Shown here: piece after piece, positions 8,646-20,867 of the stretch
Position numbering within the stretch: position 1 is the stretch's first letter
How the letters are laid out: every line of letters starts with the position of its first letter
Source of the DNA: Gammaproteobacteria bacterium CG_4_10_14_0_2_um_filter_38_22
GTDB taxonomy: Bacteria; Pseudomonadota; Gammaproteobacteria; Coxiellales; Coxiellaceae
Direction of reading: 5' to 3'
Length of the DNA: 64,000 bases
NCBI GenBank assembly: GCA_002793195.1
Contig: PFPT01000008.1
Location: 17,780-81,779, forward strand
Made by a program: the position numbers and the translations under genes
The notes under the pieces: generated by a model
What the model saw: the letters and a program-made list of their open reading frames with translations, nothing else
Told to the model about the DNA's origin: nothing
The model's database searches: none

Positions 8646-11189
8646 TTAGGCTTCAATAACCAGCGCCACATCAATTCCTTCCACGCTCACTACTTTTTCG
8701 TCTTCTTGAACGTTAATCAGTCGCACACCTTGTGTGTTTCGACCAATCACATTAATTTCAGCAACTGGAATACGCACCAGTGTGCCGCCATTGGTTACCA
8801 ATAAAATTTCAGAATCTTGCTGAACCGGAATGGACCCCACTACTTTTCCGTTACGATCAGTTGTTTGAATCGCAATCACGCCTTGTCCACCGCGACCGCA
8901 TTCACGATAATCATTAACTTCTGTACGTTGACCATATCCATTTTCAGTCACTGTTAAAATCGTACCGTCTTTTTTAGGAATAATTAAGGCAATCAATTTT
9001 TGATCGTTTTTCAAACGAATACCACGAATGCCGGTTGCTGTTCGTCCCATTGCTCGAACTTGATCTTCAGAAAAACGAATCGCTTTACCTGCATCACTGA
9101 GCAACATGATATCTTGTTTTCCATCCGTTAATGCAACACCGATTAAACGATCACCTTCATTTAAATTCAGCGCTATCTTTCCGTTTGATCTGGGGTTGGC
9201 AAACTCAGTCAATGTTACTTTTTTCACTGTACCTTTTTGTGTTGCCATAAAAATAAAATGATTTTCATCAAATTGCGCAACCGGTAAAATAGCGGTGATC
9301 AGCTCTTCTTTTTCCAAAGGCAATAAATTCACAATAGGCTGTCCACGTGCAACACGACCCCCTTGTGGCACTTGATATGTTTTGAGCCAATATACTTTTC
9401 CTGTGGTTGAGAAACACAAAATAGTATGATGGGAATTGGCCACCAATAAATTTTTCACATAATCTTCTTCTTTGACCGAGGTTGCGCGTTTTCCACGACC
9501 ACCACGATGCTGCGCATCATAACTATCAAGAGATTGTGCTTTGATATAACCCTCGTGTGACAAAGTCACCACCAAATCTTCCTCGGTAATTAAATCTTCA
9601 TTGCTTAAATCTTCATGATTTTCCATAATCACTGTACGACGTGCATCGCCAAACTGTGTTTTAATTGCGATTAACTCTTCGCGAATGACCGTATGCAAAC
9701 GATCCGGGTTTGATAAAATTTCCATTAATGCATTAATGTCTTCAATAAGTTGCTTATACTCGTCGTGAATTTTATCGGTTTCTAATCCAGTTAAGCGATG
9801 CAAACGCAAATCCAAAATGGCTTGTGCTTGATCAGACGATAAATAATATTTTCCATCACGCAATCCATATTGATCAGATAAATCATCCGGACGGGTTTGA
9901 TTAGCACCTGCCTTTGCAAGTAATTGCGCTACCAAACCAGGCTCCCATGCCGTTGCTAACAACAACACTTTGGCATCAGCAGGTGTTTTTGCAGATTTAA
10001 TCATTGCAACGATGCTATCAATGTTTGCTAACGCAACACCAAGCCCTTCTAAAATATGAGCGCGTTGTTTGGCTTTGGCCAATTCAAAAATTGTGCGACG
10101 CGTCACTACTTCACGGCGATGCTGTAAAAACGCATTCAAAATAAACTTGAGATTCATGACTTGTGGACGACCGTTATACAGCGCCACCATATTAATTCCA
10201 AACACAGATTGTAGTTGTGTTTGTGCAAATAAGTTGTTGAGCACTACTTCAGGTTGATCACCACGACGCACTTCAATAACCATGCGCATACCACTTTTAT
10301 CTGACTCATCGCGCAAACCAACAATGCCTTCAATGACTTTATCGCGAACCATCTCACCGATACGTTCCAATAATCGCGCCTTGTTCACTTGATACGGTAA
10401 TTCATGCACAATAATCGACACGCGATTGGTTTTTTCATTTGTTTCAATGTCTGTTTTTGCACGCACATAAATTTTACCGCGACCCGTGCGATAAGCTTTT
10501 ATAATACCGCCACGACCATTAATAATACCCGCCGTTGGAAAATCAGGGCCAGGTACATATTGCATTAATTCATCAATGGTCAATTCTGCATTGTCGATCA
10601 ACGCTAATGTAGCATCAATAATTTCAGATAAATTATGCGGGGGAATATTAGTAGCCATCCCAACAGCAATACCAGACGAGCCATTCACCAGCAAATTGGG
10701 AATACGCGTAGGTAAAACAGTTGGCATATATTCAGTTTCATCATAATTTGGCTGAAAATCGACTGTTTCTTTATCGATATCAGCAAGCAAATGATGCGCA
10801 AATTGTGACATTCTGATTTCGGTATAACGCATTGCAGCCGGTGAATCACCATCGACTGAACCAAAGTTACCTTGCCCATCAACCAGCATATAACGCAAAC
10901 TAAAAGGCTGCGCCATACGCACAATGGTATCGTAGACTGCTGTATCACCATGCGGATGGTATTTACCAATCACATCACCCACAATACGCGCTGATTTTTT
11001 ATAAGCTTTATTCCAATCGTTACTTAATTCATGCATCGCATACAAAACGCGGCGATGTACAGGTTTTAAACCATCGCGCACGTCGGGCAATGCGCGTCCG
11101 ACAATCACGCTCATCGCATAGTCTAAGTAAGATTGTTTTAGTTCGTGTTCAATCGTAATGGTGGTAATTTCTTTAGCCAAATTGGTCAT
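8646..11189 (-). CDS. gyrA: DNA gyrase subunit A
   Basis: '[28 protein letters not shown]', the 'AAMRYTE' active-site Tyr region, and C-terminal beta-pinwheel repeats. The probable start is MTNLAKE at 11189. Confidence 0.97.
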   Translation of the reverse strand: MTNLAKEITTITIEHELKQSYLDYAMSVIVGRALPDVRDGLKPVHRRVLYAMHELSNDWNKAYKKSARIVGDVIGKYHPHGDTAVYDTIVRMAQPFSLRYMLVDGQGNFGSVDGDSPAAMRYTEIRMSQFAHHLLADIDKETVDFQPNYDETEYMPTVLPTRIPNLLVNGSSGIAVGMATNIPPHNLSEIIDATLALIDNAELTIDELMQYVPGPDFPTAGIINGRGGIIKAYRTGRGKIYVRAKTDIETNEKTNRVSIIVHELPYQVNKARLLERIGEMVRDKVIEGIVGLRDESDKSGMRMVIEVRRGDQPEVVLNNLFAQTQLQSVFGINMVALYNGRPQVMNLKFILNAFLQHRREVVTRRTIFELAKAKQRAHILEGLGVALANIDSIVAMIKSAKTPADAKVLLLATAWEPGLVAQLLAKAGANQTRPDDLSDQYGLRDGKYYLSSDQAQAILDLRLHRLTGLETDKIHDEYKQLIEDINALMEILSNPDRLHTVIREELIAIKTQFGDARRTVIMENHEDLSNEDLITEEDLVVTLSHEGYIKAQSLDSYDAQHRGGRGKRATSVKEEDYVKNLLVANSHHTILCFSTTGKVYWLKTYQVPQGGRVARGQPIVNLLPLEKEELITAILPVAQFDENHFIFMATQKGTVKKVTLTEFANPRSNGKIALNLNEGDRLIGVALTDGKQDIMLLSDAGKAIRFSEDQVRAMGRTATGIRGIRLKNDQKLIALIIPKKDGTILTVTENGYGQRTEVNDYRECGRGGQGVIAIQTTDRNGKVVGSIPVQQDSEILLVTNGGTLVRIPVAEINVIGRNTQGVRLINVQEDEKVVSVEGIDVALVIEA

Positions 11190-11295
11190 GGTAACTTGCC
11201 TTTGTGACATGATTTTGAGAGCGATAATCATATCATAATTTGACGCTTTTTGTTACGATTACAGCGGTTAAATTTTCATCTAAAAAGGACCCTTC

Positions 11296-12615
11296 ATGCA
11301 CACAATTGACACCCTCATTCACGCTCGCTGGATTGTTCCCGTCGTTCCCCGCAATCAAGTTTTAGAACACCACACAATTGCCATTCAAAATGGAAAGATA
11401 ATCGATTTATTACCTACAAAATCAGCAAAAGAAAAATACACTGCAAAAAATGATATCGATCGCAGTAACTGCGTTGTGATGCCTGGATTAATTAACACCC
11501 ATGCACACACACCCATGAATTTATTACGCGGATTAGCAGATGATTTGCAGTTAATGGATTGGCTACAAAATCACATTTGGCCAGCAGAGGCAAAACTACT
11601 GCATCCAGAAAGTGTTTATGATGGTTCCATGTTAGCGATCATCGAAATGTTACGTGGCGGCACAACTTGCTTCAACGACCATTACTTCTATCCAAATGAT
11701 ACAGCACGCGCAGCCGTTCATGCTGGCATGCGCGCAACCATTGGATTATGGGTCGGCAACGCACCAACTGGCTGGGCAAAAGATGCAAACGAATGCCTTA
11801 CAAAAGCAAAAACCGAATATGAAAATCGTCCAAATAGCCCTTTAATTACTTATGCACTTGCACCACACTCACCCTACATCACCGATGACGACAGCTTGTT
11901 AAAAACAAAACAATTTGCTGATGAAAAAAATCTACCCATCCATATTCACCTACATGAAACACAAGCAGAAATTCATATTGATTTAGAAAAATATGGCAAA
12001 CGACCTATGCAGCGTTTTCACGAGCTGGGTTTATTAAATGAACGCTTAATTGCTGTGCACATGGTGCATTTAACCGATGCGGAAATTGAATTATGCGCTG
12101 AAACAAAATTACACGTGTCTCACAACCCTGAATCTAATTTAAAACTGGCCAGTGGTTTTGCCCCTATTTCAAAATTACTCAAAGCAGGTGTGAATGTCTG
12201 CCTAGGAACCGACGGCGCAGCAAGCAATAATGATTTGGATTTATTTGCTGAGATGCAAACTGCAGCGCTCATTGCCAAAGGTGTTTCACAAGACCCTACT
12301 GTATTAGACGCCATGACCGCACTTGAAATGGCAACCATCAATGGCGCAAAAGCATTGGGGTTAGCAAACGAAATCGGCTCTATTGAAATTGGAAAATCAG
12401 CTGATGTGATTGCCATTGATTTTGATCATTTCTTCACGCAACCTGTCTTTCATCCCATTTCACATTTGGTCTATGCAATGAATCGCATACAAGTCAGTGA
12501 TGTTTTTATTGCTGGAAAGCAGATACTGAATCGTGGTGAATTTGTTACACTGGATGTCAATGAGATTGTTGCGAAAGCTAACAAATGGGCCATGAGCATA
12601 GCAGCAAATAAATAA
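11296..12615 (+). CDS. mtaD: TRZ/ATZ-family amidohydrolase, probably 5-methylthioadenosine/S-adenosylhomocysteine deaminase
   Basis: 439 aa with the metal-binding 'NTHAHTPM', 'IHLHET' and 'GTDGAASNNDLD' motifs of the MtaD/guanine-deaminase-like amidohydrolases. Confidence 0.7.
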   Translation: MHTIDTLIHARWIVPVVPRNQVLEHHTIAIQNGKIIDLLPTKSAKEKYTAKNDIDRSNCVVMPGLINTHAHTPMNLLRGLADDLQLMDWLQNHIWPAEAKLLHPESVYDGSMLAIIEMLRGGTTCFNDHYFYPNDTARAAVHAGMRATIGLWVGNAPTGWAKDANECLTKAKTEYENRPNSPLITYALAPHSPYITDDDSLLKTKQFADEKNLPIHIHLHETQAEIHIDLEKYGKRPMQRFHELGLLNERLIAVHMVHLTDAEIELCAETKLHVSHNPESNLKLASGFAPISKLLKAGVNVCLGTDGAASNNDLDLFAEMQTAALIAKGVSQDPTVLDAMTALEMATINGAKALGLANEIGSIEIGKSADVIAIDFDHFFTQPVFHPISHLVYAMNRIQVSDVFIAGKQILNRGEFVTLDVNEIVAKANKWAMSIAANK

Positions 12616-12641
12616 TCATTACCTACAAGCTACGCTTTATA

Positions 12642-12668
12642 AACACACGCAAAACAAGCGTGTGTTTT
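12642..12668 (+). terminator. Intrinsic terminator after the mtaD-like gene
   Basis: AACACACGC-AAAACAA-GCGTGTGTT hairpin running into TTTT, about 27 nt after the stop codon. Confidence 0.6.
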
Positions 12669-12698
12669 GCGAAGTAAAAAAACAAGGATGTATTTTGC

Positions 12699-13601
12699 AT
12701 GGCATTACCCAAGCAAGTCACTATCACCGAAGTCAGTCCGCGCGATGGTTTGCAAAATGAAAAAACCATCGTATCGACTGAAACTAAAATTCAGTTTATT
12801 GCATTATTAACTCAAGCTGGGTTTTCTAGTATCGAAACAACAGCTTTTGTGAATCCCAAAAAAATTCCAGCACTTGCTGATCACAGCGCAGTGATGCAAG
12901 CATGCCATTCTCATGCGCAAACTACTTACTCGGCGCTCATTCCAAATACACAAGGCTTACATAGCGCTATAAAATCAAATTGTCAGTCTATTGCCGTAAT
13001 CACCGCTATTTCAGAAACGTTCTCACAAAAAAATATGAATTGCTCAATTGATGAAAGCCTCAATCGCATCAGCGACATACTCAACATCACGCAAAAAAAT
13101 AAAATATCCGTACGGGCTTATATTTCATGCACACTCGGCTGTCCTTACGAAGGCTTTATCTCAGTGAAAAAAACAGCACAAATCGCAAAAAAATTAACTG
13201 AGATGGGCTGCGACACAATTGTATTGGCTGATACCATTGGTACAGGTACACCACAACTGGCACAAGCACTCATTAAAGCCACGCTTCACGATACGCCCTT
13301 AGCAAAATTAGCCATTCATTTTCATGATACATACGGACAAGCACTGGCCAACATTTATGCGTGCTTGGAACTCGGCATTCATAAAATTGATTCATCCGTT
13401 GGCGGATTGGGCGGCTGCCCTTATGCAAAAGGCGCCTCTGGCAATGTTGCAACAGAAGATGTGCTTTATTTATTAAATGGATTGCAGATTCATACTGGCA
13501 TTGATTTGCAAGCCGCAATCAAAGCCAGTGAATTTATCCACACCCAGTTATCACGGGAAACACAATCTAAAGTCGCAAAAGCACTAAAAGCAAAAACGTG
13601 A
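12699..13601 (+). CDS. Hydroxymethylglutaryl-CoA lyase
   Basis: 300 aa. 'VTITEVSPRDGLQNE', 'HFHDTYGQALAN' and 'GGLGGCPYAKGASGNVATED' are HMGL-family hallmarks. Confidence 0.85.
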   Translation: MALPKQVTITEVSPRDGLQNEKTIVSTETKIQFIALLTQAGFSSIETTAFVNPKKIPALADHSAVMQACHSHAQTTYSALIPNTQGLHSAIKSNCQSIAVITAISETFSQKNMNCSIDESLNRISDILNITQKNKISVRAYISCTLGCPYEGFISVKKTAQIAKKLTEMGCDTIVLADTIGTGTPQLAQALIKATLHDTPLAKLAIHFHDTYGQALANIYACLELGIHKIDSSVGGLGGCPYAKGASGNVATEDVLYLLNGLQIHTGIDLQAAIKASEFIHTQLSRETQSKVAKALKAKT

Positions 13602-14596
13602 AAAGTATTTTCAAAAAAAAATGGCGAATGATTACATTGCAATTCTTTTTTGCGATTGGTTTTTTATATCTCACGTGCCGAAGCGTTAATTTTAAATTGG
13701 TTGCAACCAGCATTGCTAACATCAACTATTGGGTACTCGCTTTTGCACTGGTGCCACAAGGCATTTCATTTTTGCTGCTGGCCGCAAGAGAAAAATATTT
13801 ACTCAGCGATCTTTATACTTTTTCTTTCATTGATCTCATGAAAGGGGTTTTCATTAGTTTTGTTGGTAATAATATCTTACCCCTGCGCGCAGGTGAATTT
13901 TTAAAAGCCTATTATTGGGCTAACCGCAGCGGCTGCGCTTACGTCAGCTTGATGTCAATTGCTTTACTCGAACGCGTATTAGATTTAATCGTGCTGGTGA
14001 TTCTTTTTTTTGTTGGGTCAAAAACGATCCTAGTGCATTTAGGGGTGCATTCAAGCTGGCTTATTTTCGCCTGCTTGATTATTGCTATCATGATTTTTCT
14101 CTTGTTTTTATGGGATAAAAAAACAAATCAGGAAATCATTTTACATCCACATCTGCAAACCATTTTAGGAAAAAAAATATCACAAATCTGTCAACATTTT
14201 TTAAGTAATGTGGTTAACGGATTACGTGTTTTAAAATCAACCCGCTATATTGTTTTTGCAATGCTTTTTACTATTTTATATTGGATAATGAATTTAGCTG
14301 GATTATATCTTATGTTGCAAGCGTTTCATTTAAGCTTCACGTTATCAGAATACATTGTTCTTTTATTGGCAACTTCTCTAGGCGCTGCTATTCCATCCGC
14401 CCCTGGTTATATTGGCACATATGATTATTTCACAAAAATGCCACTTGTTTTTTATGGCATCAATGCATCCATTGCCGTTTCTTTTGCGCTGATATCACAC
14501 GCACTGCAGATTATTCCTTTCACCATTATTGGATTATTTTTTGTATTAGGACCCATTCAATCTCTATTAAAATCAAAGCAATTTAATTCACAATAA
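13598..14596 (+). CDS. UPF0104 / lysylphosphatidylglycerol-synthase-TM-like (flippase-like) membrane protein
   Basis: 332 aa and polytopic. It has the 'LPLRAGEFLKAYY' motif typical of that family. A 4-nt overlap with the upstream gene suggests co-transcription. Confidence 0.55.
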   Translation: MKSIFKKKWRMITLQFFFAIGFLYLTCRSVNFKLVATSIANINYWVLAFALVPQGISFLLLAAREKYLLSDLYTFSFIDLMKGVFISFVGNNILPLRAGEFLKAYYWANRSGCAYVSLMSIALLERVLDLIVLVILFFVGSKTILVHLGVHSSWLIFACLIIAIMIFLLFLWDKKTNQEIILHPHLQTILGKKISQICQHFLSNVVNGLRVLKSTRYIVFAMLFTILYWIMNLAGLYLMLQAFHLSFTLSEYIVLLLATSLGAAIPSAPGYIGTYDYFTKMPLVFYGINASIAVSFALISHALQIIPFTIIGLFFVLGPIQSLLKSKQFNSQ

Positions 14597-14608
14597 AATT
14601 AAAAAAAG

Positions 14609-16090
14609 CTACACGTTTTCTCTGCTTTTTATTTTATTTTGATACATACGATAATCAGCTATTTTAAGTAATGCTGATATGTCGTCAGCATCCTCTGGAT
14701 AAACAGCTAAACCCACACTTAACTTCACGTTAATTTTTTGTTTTGCATAATAGATGGGCGATGCCTCTAATGATTTCACCCGGGATAATACGTGATTTAA
14801 TGAAGCTTGATCTGTTTTTTCAGTAATTAATATTACAAACTCATCACCTCCTAAACGGGCAACCAAGTCTTCTTTTCGAACCGAAGACAATAAATGCATT
14901 GCCACTGCTTTTAACAAAAAATCACCTGCATCATGCCCTATTGTGTCATTCACCCATTTAAAATGATCAAGATCAATATAAAAAAAAGCGAAACTGCGTT
15001 GATATCGTTTACATCGAGATAATTCTTCTGTGGCACGCAAATAAAATGCGCGTCGTGTCATTAAATTGGTCAGTGAATCATGCATGGCAATATGGTAGAG
15101 CTGATCATTCATTGTTTGCAATTCATGCTTGCTTTTTTGAACCAATTCTTCTAGCTCTTCATTACGTAACAACAAACGACCTGACAAGGGACGCAGCACA
15201 CTTGTCAAACCAACAGCAAATAAAAATAAAATAACGCCAATAACAGTCAACAATATTAAAATGATGCGCGTGATCGAATGATATAACACAGCCTTATTTG
15301 CATAAACAACCACACCCCACGGCATGTTTTTTTCTGACGCGTAAGTTAAAATAGCTTGTGTTTTCTGATTATTTTTAAATATAACACCTGATGATTTCTT
15401 TTTAATAGCTGAAGTAAGCGCATGCTTTAATGATTCACTTTCTAAAAATAAAAAAGTAGACTGATCTTCATCACGATCTAACAACCAATGCAAATGATTA
15501 TCTTTTATATAGTAAACAAAAGTTTCGCTTGATTTTGTTTTCATTTTTTCATGAATCATCTTCTCCAGTTTTTGCAATTGAAACGTAAAAATATCATAGC
15601 CAGTCTGATTTTTCTTTGAGATGTATGGCACTGATATTGACAACGAATGGCGGTTTTTTTCCAACAATTCAAACAAAAATGGTTTCTCTTTAACCCATTT
15701 TTTAATAGCCTGTGCTTTAAAAGTAGGCGCGCCAACAAAAAATATTTTCTTATCATTTTTGTCAACACGAGCAATAGCAATTAAACTGGCATGCGCAGAT
15801 AACTCATCTTGAGCTATTTTTTGTAACGCAATATCGGCCTGCTGTTGACCGGGTTGATTATCAATCCGTATCGAAATTTGTTTCGCTGTATCTTGCAATT
15901 GCTGAAAAAAAGCATCCACCATCATTACAGCAAGCTCGCGTGAATAAATTAAATGCTGTTTTTGCATATCAAATAATCGCGCTTGAAAAGGTATAATCGC
16001 AACCAAAGCAATGATCAATCCTGCCAACAACAACCCGGAAACAGCATACCAGCGAATGGCTTTTTCGACGCGTTTCGCGTTACCTGGCAT
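14609..16090 (-). CDS. Membrane-anchored diguanylate cyclase (periplasmic sensor + GGDEF)
   Basis: Two TM segments flank a ~250-aa extracytoplasmic domain. The C-terminal GGDEF domain has an intact 'RLGGDEF' site. Confidence 0.85.
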   Translation of the reverse strand: MPGNAKRVEKAIRWYAVSGLLLAGLIIALVAIIPFQARLFDMQKQHLIYSRELAVMMVDAFFQQLQDTAKQISIRIDNQPGQQQADIALQKIAQDELSAHASLIAIARVDKNDKKIFFVGAPTFKAQAIKKWVKEKPFLFELLEKNRHSLSISVPYISKKNQTGYDIFTFQLQKLEKMIHEKMKTKSSETFVYYIKDNHLHWLLDRDEDQSTFLFLESESLKHALTSAIKKKSSGVIFKNNQKTQAILTYASEKNMPWGVVVYANKAVLYHSITRIILILLTVIGVILFLFAVGLTSVLRPLSGRLLLRNEELEELVQKSKHELQTMNDQLYHIAMHDSLTNLMTRRAFYLRATEELSRCKRYQRSFAFFYIDLDHFKWVNDTIGHDAGDFLLKAVAMHLLSSVRKEDLVARLGGDEFVILITEKTDQASLNHVLSRVKSLEASPIYYAKQKINVKLSVGLAVYPEDADDISALLKIADYRMYQNKIKSRENV

Positions 16091-16101
16091 AAAAAATCTC
16101 T

Positions 16102-18114
16102 TTAACTCTCAAAATAGCTTTTCTTTAGCTGCATGATTCGATCACGAAGCTGTGCTGCTTTTTCAAATTCTAAGTTTCTAGCACAAGACAACATCTGCTC
16201 TTCTAATGCAGCTAATTTTTTTTCAAACTGCTGTGGCGATAATGCTAAAACAGAAATCGCGTTTTCAGCTATCATCTGTGCTTTTAACATACCCAGTCGC
16301 GGTGTTGTTTCATCATCCTGCGTTTCTATAATGGAATGCACCGCTTTTTGAATTCCAACTGGCGTAATATGATGCAATATATTATAAGCCGCTTGTTTTT
16401 CGCGTCTGCGGTTAGTTTCATCCATTGCGCGCTTCATCGATTTTGTTATTTTATCGGCATATAAAATAGCTTTACCATGTAAATTACGCGCTGCTCGACC
16501 AATCGTTTGCACCAATGATCTTTCTGAACGTAAAAATCCTTCCTTATCCGCATCTAAAATAGCCACGAGTGATACTTCAGGCAAATCCAATCCTTCTCGT
16601 AATAAATTAATGCCAATTAATACATCGAAAACACCCAATCGCAAATCACGTAAAATTTCCACACGTTCAACGGTATCAATGTCTGAATGCAAATAACGCA
16701 CTTTCACACCCTGCTCCGCAAGATATTCGGTGAGGTCTTCGCTCATACGCTTAGTTAACGTTGTCACTAAAACACGTTCATTTTTTTTTGCGCGTATGCT
16801 TACTTCAGATAACAAGTCATCTACTTGCGTTTTAACAGGCCTGATTTCAACCTCAGGATCTAACAAGCCAGTCGGACGCACAACCAATTCAACAATATCA
16901 GTTCCATGTTTTAACTCATAATCCGATGGCGTAGCTGATACAAAAATAGTTTGCGGTGCTATTTTTTCAAATTCATCAAATCGCAATGGACGATTATCTA
17001 ACGCTGAAGGCAAGCGAAACCCATAATTCACTAAGTTTTCTTTTCTTGCACGATCACCCATATACATGCCACCTAATTGTGGAATGGTCACATGTGACTC
17101 ATCAATCACCAATAGCGCATCATTGGGCAAGTAATCCATTAATGTGGGCGGCGGCTCACCTGGATTACGTCCTGATAAATAACGTGAATAATTTTCAATA
17201 CCTGAACAATACCCCAACTCAACCAGCATTTCTAAATCAAACAACGTGCGTTGCTCTATGCGTTGACGTTCAATTAATTTATTCTGCTCTTGAAATTCAG
17301 CTGTACGTGTTTTTAACTCCGCCTTCACTTGATCAATCATTTTTAATATTGTCGCACGCGGTGTCACATAATGTGTTTTAGGGAAAATAGTCACACGCTG
17401 TACTTTACGTTTCACTTTATTCGTCAATGGATCAAAAAATTGTATCCGCTCAATTTCATCATCAAACAGTTGAATGCGAATCGCATCACTCTCTGAATCT
17501 GCGGGAAAGACATCTATCACATCGCCTGAAACCCGATAATTAGCACGGTTTAATTCTAATTCATTCCGTGAATATTGCATGGCCGCCAATCGATGCAATA
17601 ACGCACGTTGATCAATACGCTCACCAACACTCACATGCAATACCATACTCAAATAGGCTTTGGGATCACCCAAACCATAAATTGCTGAAACCGTTGCAAC
17701 TATAATCACATCATTACGTTCTAATAATGCTTTTGTTGCTGATAAACGCATTTGCTCAATATGCGCATTAATTGAAGCATCTTTTTCAATAAAAGTATCT
17801 GTGGATGGAACATATGCCTCAGGTTGATAGTAATCATAATAGGATACAAAATATTCAACTGCATTTTTTGGAAAAAATTCTCGCAATTCAGCATATAATT
17901 GTGCTGCTAAAGTTTTATTAGGCGCCAATACCAAGGTGGGTTTTTGCACACGCGCAATGACATTAGCAATCGTAAATGTTTTACCCGAACCTGTTACACC
18001 CAATAATGTTTGATATGCCAACCCTGCTTTCAAGCCATCCACTAATTTTTCAATTGCTTGTGGCTGATCACCATTGGGCTGAAAAGGCGTTACTAATTGA
18101 AATAATTCAGACAT
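16102..18114 (-). CDS. uvrB: Excinuclease ABC subunit B
   Basis: 'GVTGSGKTF' Walker A, 'DESH' box, and a C-terminal UVR domain '[11 protein letters not shown]'. The probable start is MSELFQL at 18114. Confidence 0.97.
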   Translation of the reverse strand: MSELFQLVTPFQPNGDQPQAIEKLVDGLKAGLAYQTLLGVTGSGKTFTIANVIARVQKPTLVLAPNKTLAAQLYAELREFFPKNAVEYFVSYYDYYQPEAYVPSTDTFIEKDASINAHIEQMRLSATKALLERNDVIIVATVSAIYGLGDPKAYLSMVLHVSVGERIDQRALLHRLAAMQYSRNELELNRANYRVSGDVIDVFPADSESDAIRIQLFDDEIERIQFFDPLTNKVKRKVQRVTIFPKTHYVTPRATILKMIDQVKAELKTRTAEFQEQNKLIERQRIEQRTLFDLEMLVELGYCSGIENYSRYLSGRNPGEPPPTLMDYLPNDALLVIDESHVTIPQLGGMYMGDRARKENLVNYGFRLPSALDNRPLRFDEFEKIAPQTIFVSATPSDYELKHGTDIVELVVRPTGLLDPEVEIRPVKTQVDDLLSEVSIRAKKNERVLVTTLTKRMSEDLTEYLAEQGVKVRYLHSDIDTVERVEILRDLRLGVFDVLIGINLLREGLDLPEVSLVAILDADKEGFLRSERSLVQTIGRAARNLHGKAILYADKITKSMKRAMDETNRRREKQAAYNILHHITPVGIQKAVHSIIETQDDETTPRLGMLKAQMIAENAISVLALSPQQFEKKLAALEEQMLSCARNLEFEKAAQLRDRIMQLKKSYFES

Positions 18115-18212
18115 CAAAATACACTCACACTCACTTTCATATTGGCATTCGCTATTGTAAACAACCACTAACTTATTTAAAGTATCGTCAATTTCAATAT
18201 AAGGATTTTCAC

Positions 18213-19394
18213 ATGCTATTCAGTTCAAATCGCGCCAAATCAGTCAAACCATCCGCAACCGTTTCTATCAATGGAAAAGCGACACAATTAAAAGCTCAAG
18301 GCGTTGACATCATCAATCTCAGCGTTGGCGAACCCGATTTTGACACACCCGACTCGATTAAAAAAGCAGCCATTCGCGCAATTGAAGCGGGAAAAACAAA
18401 ATATACTGCTGTGGATGGCATTCCTGAACTAAAAGATGCCATTATTCAAAAATTTAAAACTGAAAATAATTTATCTTATACGCGCGATCAAATTTTAGTG
18501 TCCTGCGGCGCAAAGCAAAGCATTTATAATCTTGCGCAAGCCGTTTTAAATGAGGGCGATGAAGTGATTATTCCAGCACCGTACTGGGTTTCTTACCCTG
18601 CTATCGCTGCATTAGCTGGCGCAAAACCCGTATTTGTAAGTGCGAGCATCGAAAATCGCTTTATTATCACAGCAGAACAATTAGAAAAAGCCATCACACC
18701 CAAAACACGCTTGCTGATTTTAAATAGCCCCAGCAATCCAACTGGCATGGCTTATCGTGAGAGTGATTTAAAAGCACTCTCAAGCGTATTATTAAAACAC
18801 CCAAATGTACTCATTATTACCGATGATATGTATGAACACATTGTTTGGGGAATTGATCCTTACGTTAACATTCTCAATGTTTGTCCAGAATTAGCAGAAC
18901 GCACGATTGTCTGTAATGGTGTTTCGAAAGCCTACGCCATGACAGGATGGCGCATTGGTTACGCAGCAGGACCTAGCGATATCATAAAGGCAATGACAAA
19001 AATTCAGTCACACAGCACATCTAATCCCACGTCCATTTCACAATATGCTGCTGTAGCGGCATTACAAGGCGAAAAAGAATTTATCGCTAATTTAAAAATC
19101 GTTTTTAAAGAACGTCATGATTTTATTCAAAAAAAATTATCAGCCATTCCAGGTGTTGTTTGTCCACCAGCTGATGGCGCATTTTACGTATTTCCTAACG
19201 TTGAAAAAGCCATTGCCCGCCAAGGTTTGAAAAATGACATTGCACTGGCTGAATTAATTTTAGAAAAAGCCCATGTTGCCGTTGTACCTGGCACAGAATT
19301 TGGCGCACCCGGCTTTATTCGTTTATCATATGCAACTAATTTGGAAACATTAAATACAGCCGTTGAACGTATGAGACCGTTTATTGAAGGATAA
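18213..19394 (+). CDS. Class-I pyridoxal-phosphate aminotransferase (aspartate/aromatic type)
   Basis: '[12 protein letters not shown]' and the '[13 protein letters not shown]' PLP-lysine motif. The probable start is MLFSSNRA at 18213; the upstream part of the long ORF overlaps uvrB. Confidence 0.88.
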   Translation: MLFSSNRAKSVKPSATVSINGKATQLKAQGVDIINLSVGEPDFDTPDSIKKAAIRAIEAGKTKYTAVDGIPELKDAIIQKFKTENNLSYTRDQILVSCGAKQSIYNLAQAVLNEGDEVIIPAPYWVSYPAIAALAGAKPVFVSASIENRFIITAEQLEKAITPKTRLLILNSPSNPTGMAYRESDLKALSSVLLKHPNVLIITDDMYEHIVWGIDPYVNILNVCPELAERTIVCNGVSKAYAMTGWRIGYAAGPSDIIKAMTKIQSHSTSNPTSISQYAAVAALQGEKEFIANLKIVFKERHDFIQKKLSAIPGVVCPPADGAFYVFPNVEKAIARQGLKNDIALAELILEKAHVAVVPGTEFGAPGFIRLSYATNLETLNTAVERMRPFIEG

Positions 19395-19448
19395 ATAAAA
19401 CACCGAGAAATGATCTGTTAAAAAATCACTTAAAAATTTCTAATGCTA

Positions 19449-19477
19449 TTGACCGAGCTTCAATGCATCAGTAAGAT
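19449..19477 (+). promoter_or_regulatory. Candidate sigma70 promoter upstream of tRNA-Asn
   Basis: TTGACC, a 17-nt spacer, then TAAGAT. It lies ~140 nt upstream of the mature tRNA 5' end. Confidence 0.45.
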
Positions 19478-19617
19478 ACACCCTCAAAAATGAGTTTGTC
19501 ACAGAATGTCCAGCGGACATTCGCAGCGCGAGAAACGGCACACACGAAGTGTGACTGGGTGCAAATAATAAAAGAGCATTTGCAGGTGCAAGGATGTACC
19601 GGCAATAAAAACCGAAT

Positions 19618-19689
<72 letters not shown>

Positions 19690-19763
19690 CAATCTTTTCA
19701 AGCAGTTACACCCTTTTCTGATTTTCCAAAAATGCCCTTGTGGGCGTTTTGTGGGCCATCATT

Positions 19764-20867
19764 TTAAACAACCTTTTTCAATAGCATTAATGTCGGCGTA
19801 CTTGCTTGTTTATCACAAGCTTTGTTTGCAGCCTCCAATAATTTTGACATTTCTGCTGCCGAATAATGCGTCGTGATTCGACCTGATTTATGACCAAGTA
19901 AATCTTGCCTATCTTCGTAACTCACACCCGCCGCACGCAGTCGCCGACCATAAGTGTGCTTCAAATCATGAACTCGTAATGTTGGAAGATTTGAACACTG
20001 ACGTGCTGCCTTCCATCCCGAATTCAACATCCGATCAATAGGCTTACCTCGATAAGTGAACACAAATTCTGAATCTTGACCTCGAACGGTTTCAATTACT
20101 TTTTGTGCCGTCTTATTTAAGATAATTAATCTTTCTTGTCCGTTTTTAATCAAGCGAACTCGCTCACCATTTAGCATTGCAAAAGCAGGAATAATAAAAG
20201 CACTCGCATTCAATTGTGGTATGCGAACCTCCCACTCCCACCTCAGCCGACAAACTTCCCTATCTCGACTGCCTGTATACATGGAAAATAACGCCATGTT
20301 TCTCAGGTGCTCCGGCAATGCCGCTACTAACCGATCTTCTTGCTCCCAACTTAAAGGCTGCGGAGCTCGAGTATCGTATTCGGGCAACAATTTAATTTTT
20401 GGTGCAGTAAGTATCCATGTGAGTCCATTTTCATCAATCCATTCACTCGCTGCTAAATTTAAAATGTGACGAACAATTTTCAAACCATGATTAATGGTTC
20501 GTGTTTTTCGTCCTTCTTTTTTTCTCGCTTCAATGAAGGATTGCAATGTACCCATATGCATACGATGCAATGCGATATCTTTTATATAAGGCATAATCAT
20601 TCGCAAATGGCTGGCATCGCTATCGATACTACCTTTGTCCTGATTATCCCTTAAATATTTAATCGCAGCTTCTGCAAAAACCCTTTCAGGTCGCACACCA
20701 AATATTACTGCCTGTCTTAATTCTTCGATTCGACGAGCGAGGAGAGCTTGCGCTTCTTCAAACGACTTTGTTCCAGTAGTTCCTCGAATTCGCTGACCAA
20801 AGATTTTTTTATCAATGTGCCAGCACCCACCACGTTTGATGAGGCCTGACGTTCTTTTTTGACCCAT
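19764..20867 (-). CDS. int: Tyrosine-type site-specific integrase
   Basis: 367 aa. The C-terminal catalytic region has 'TGSRDREVCRLRW', 'HDLKHTYGRRLRAAG' and 'LLGH..GRITTHY' (R..H..R..H..Y). It is adjacent and convergent to the tRNA 3' end. Confidence 0.92.
   Translation of the reverse strand: MGQKRTSGLIKRGGCWHIDKKIFGQRIRGTTGTKSFEEAQALLARRIEELRQAVIFGVRPERVFAEAAIKYLRDNQDKGSIDSDASHLRMIMPYIKDIALHRMHMGTLQSFIEARKKEGRKTRTINHGLKIVRHILNLAASEWIDENGLTWILTAPKIKLLPEYDTRAPQPLSWEQEDRLVAALPEHLRNMALFSMYTGSRDREVCRLRWEWEVRIPQLNASAFIIPAFAMLNGERVRLIKNGQERLIILNKTAQKVIETVRGQDSEFVFTYRGKPIDRMLNSGWKAARQCSNLPTLRVHDLKHTYGRRLRAAGVSYEDRQDLLGHKSGRITTHYSAAEMSKLLEAANKACDKQASTPTLMLLKKVV

Noticed and set aside
17976-18212. 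N-terminal 79-aa extension of the aminotransferase ORF, overlapping the uvrB start.
   Set aside because: Aminotransferase homology begins at [11 protein letters not shown] (ATG 18213). The extension overlaps divergent uvrB coding sequence and looks non-protein-like.
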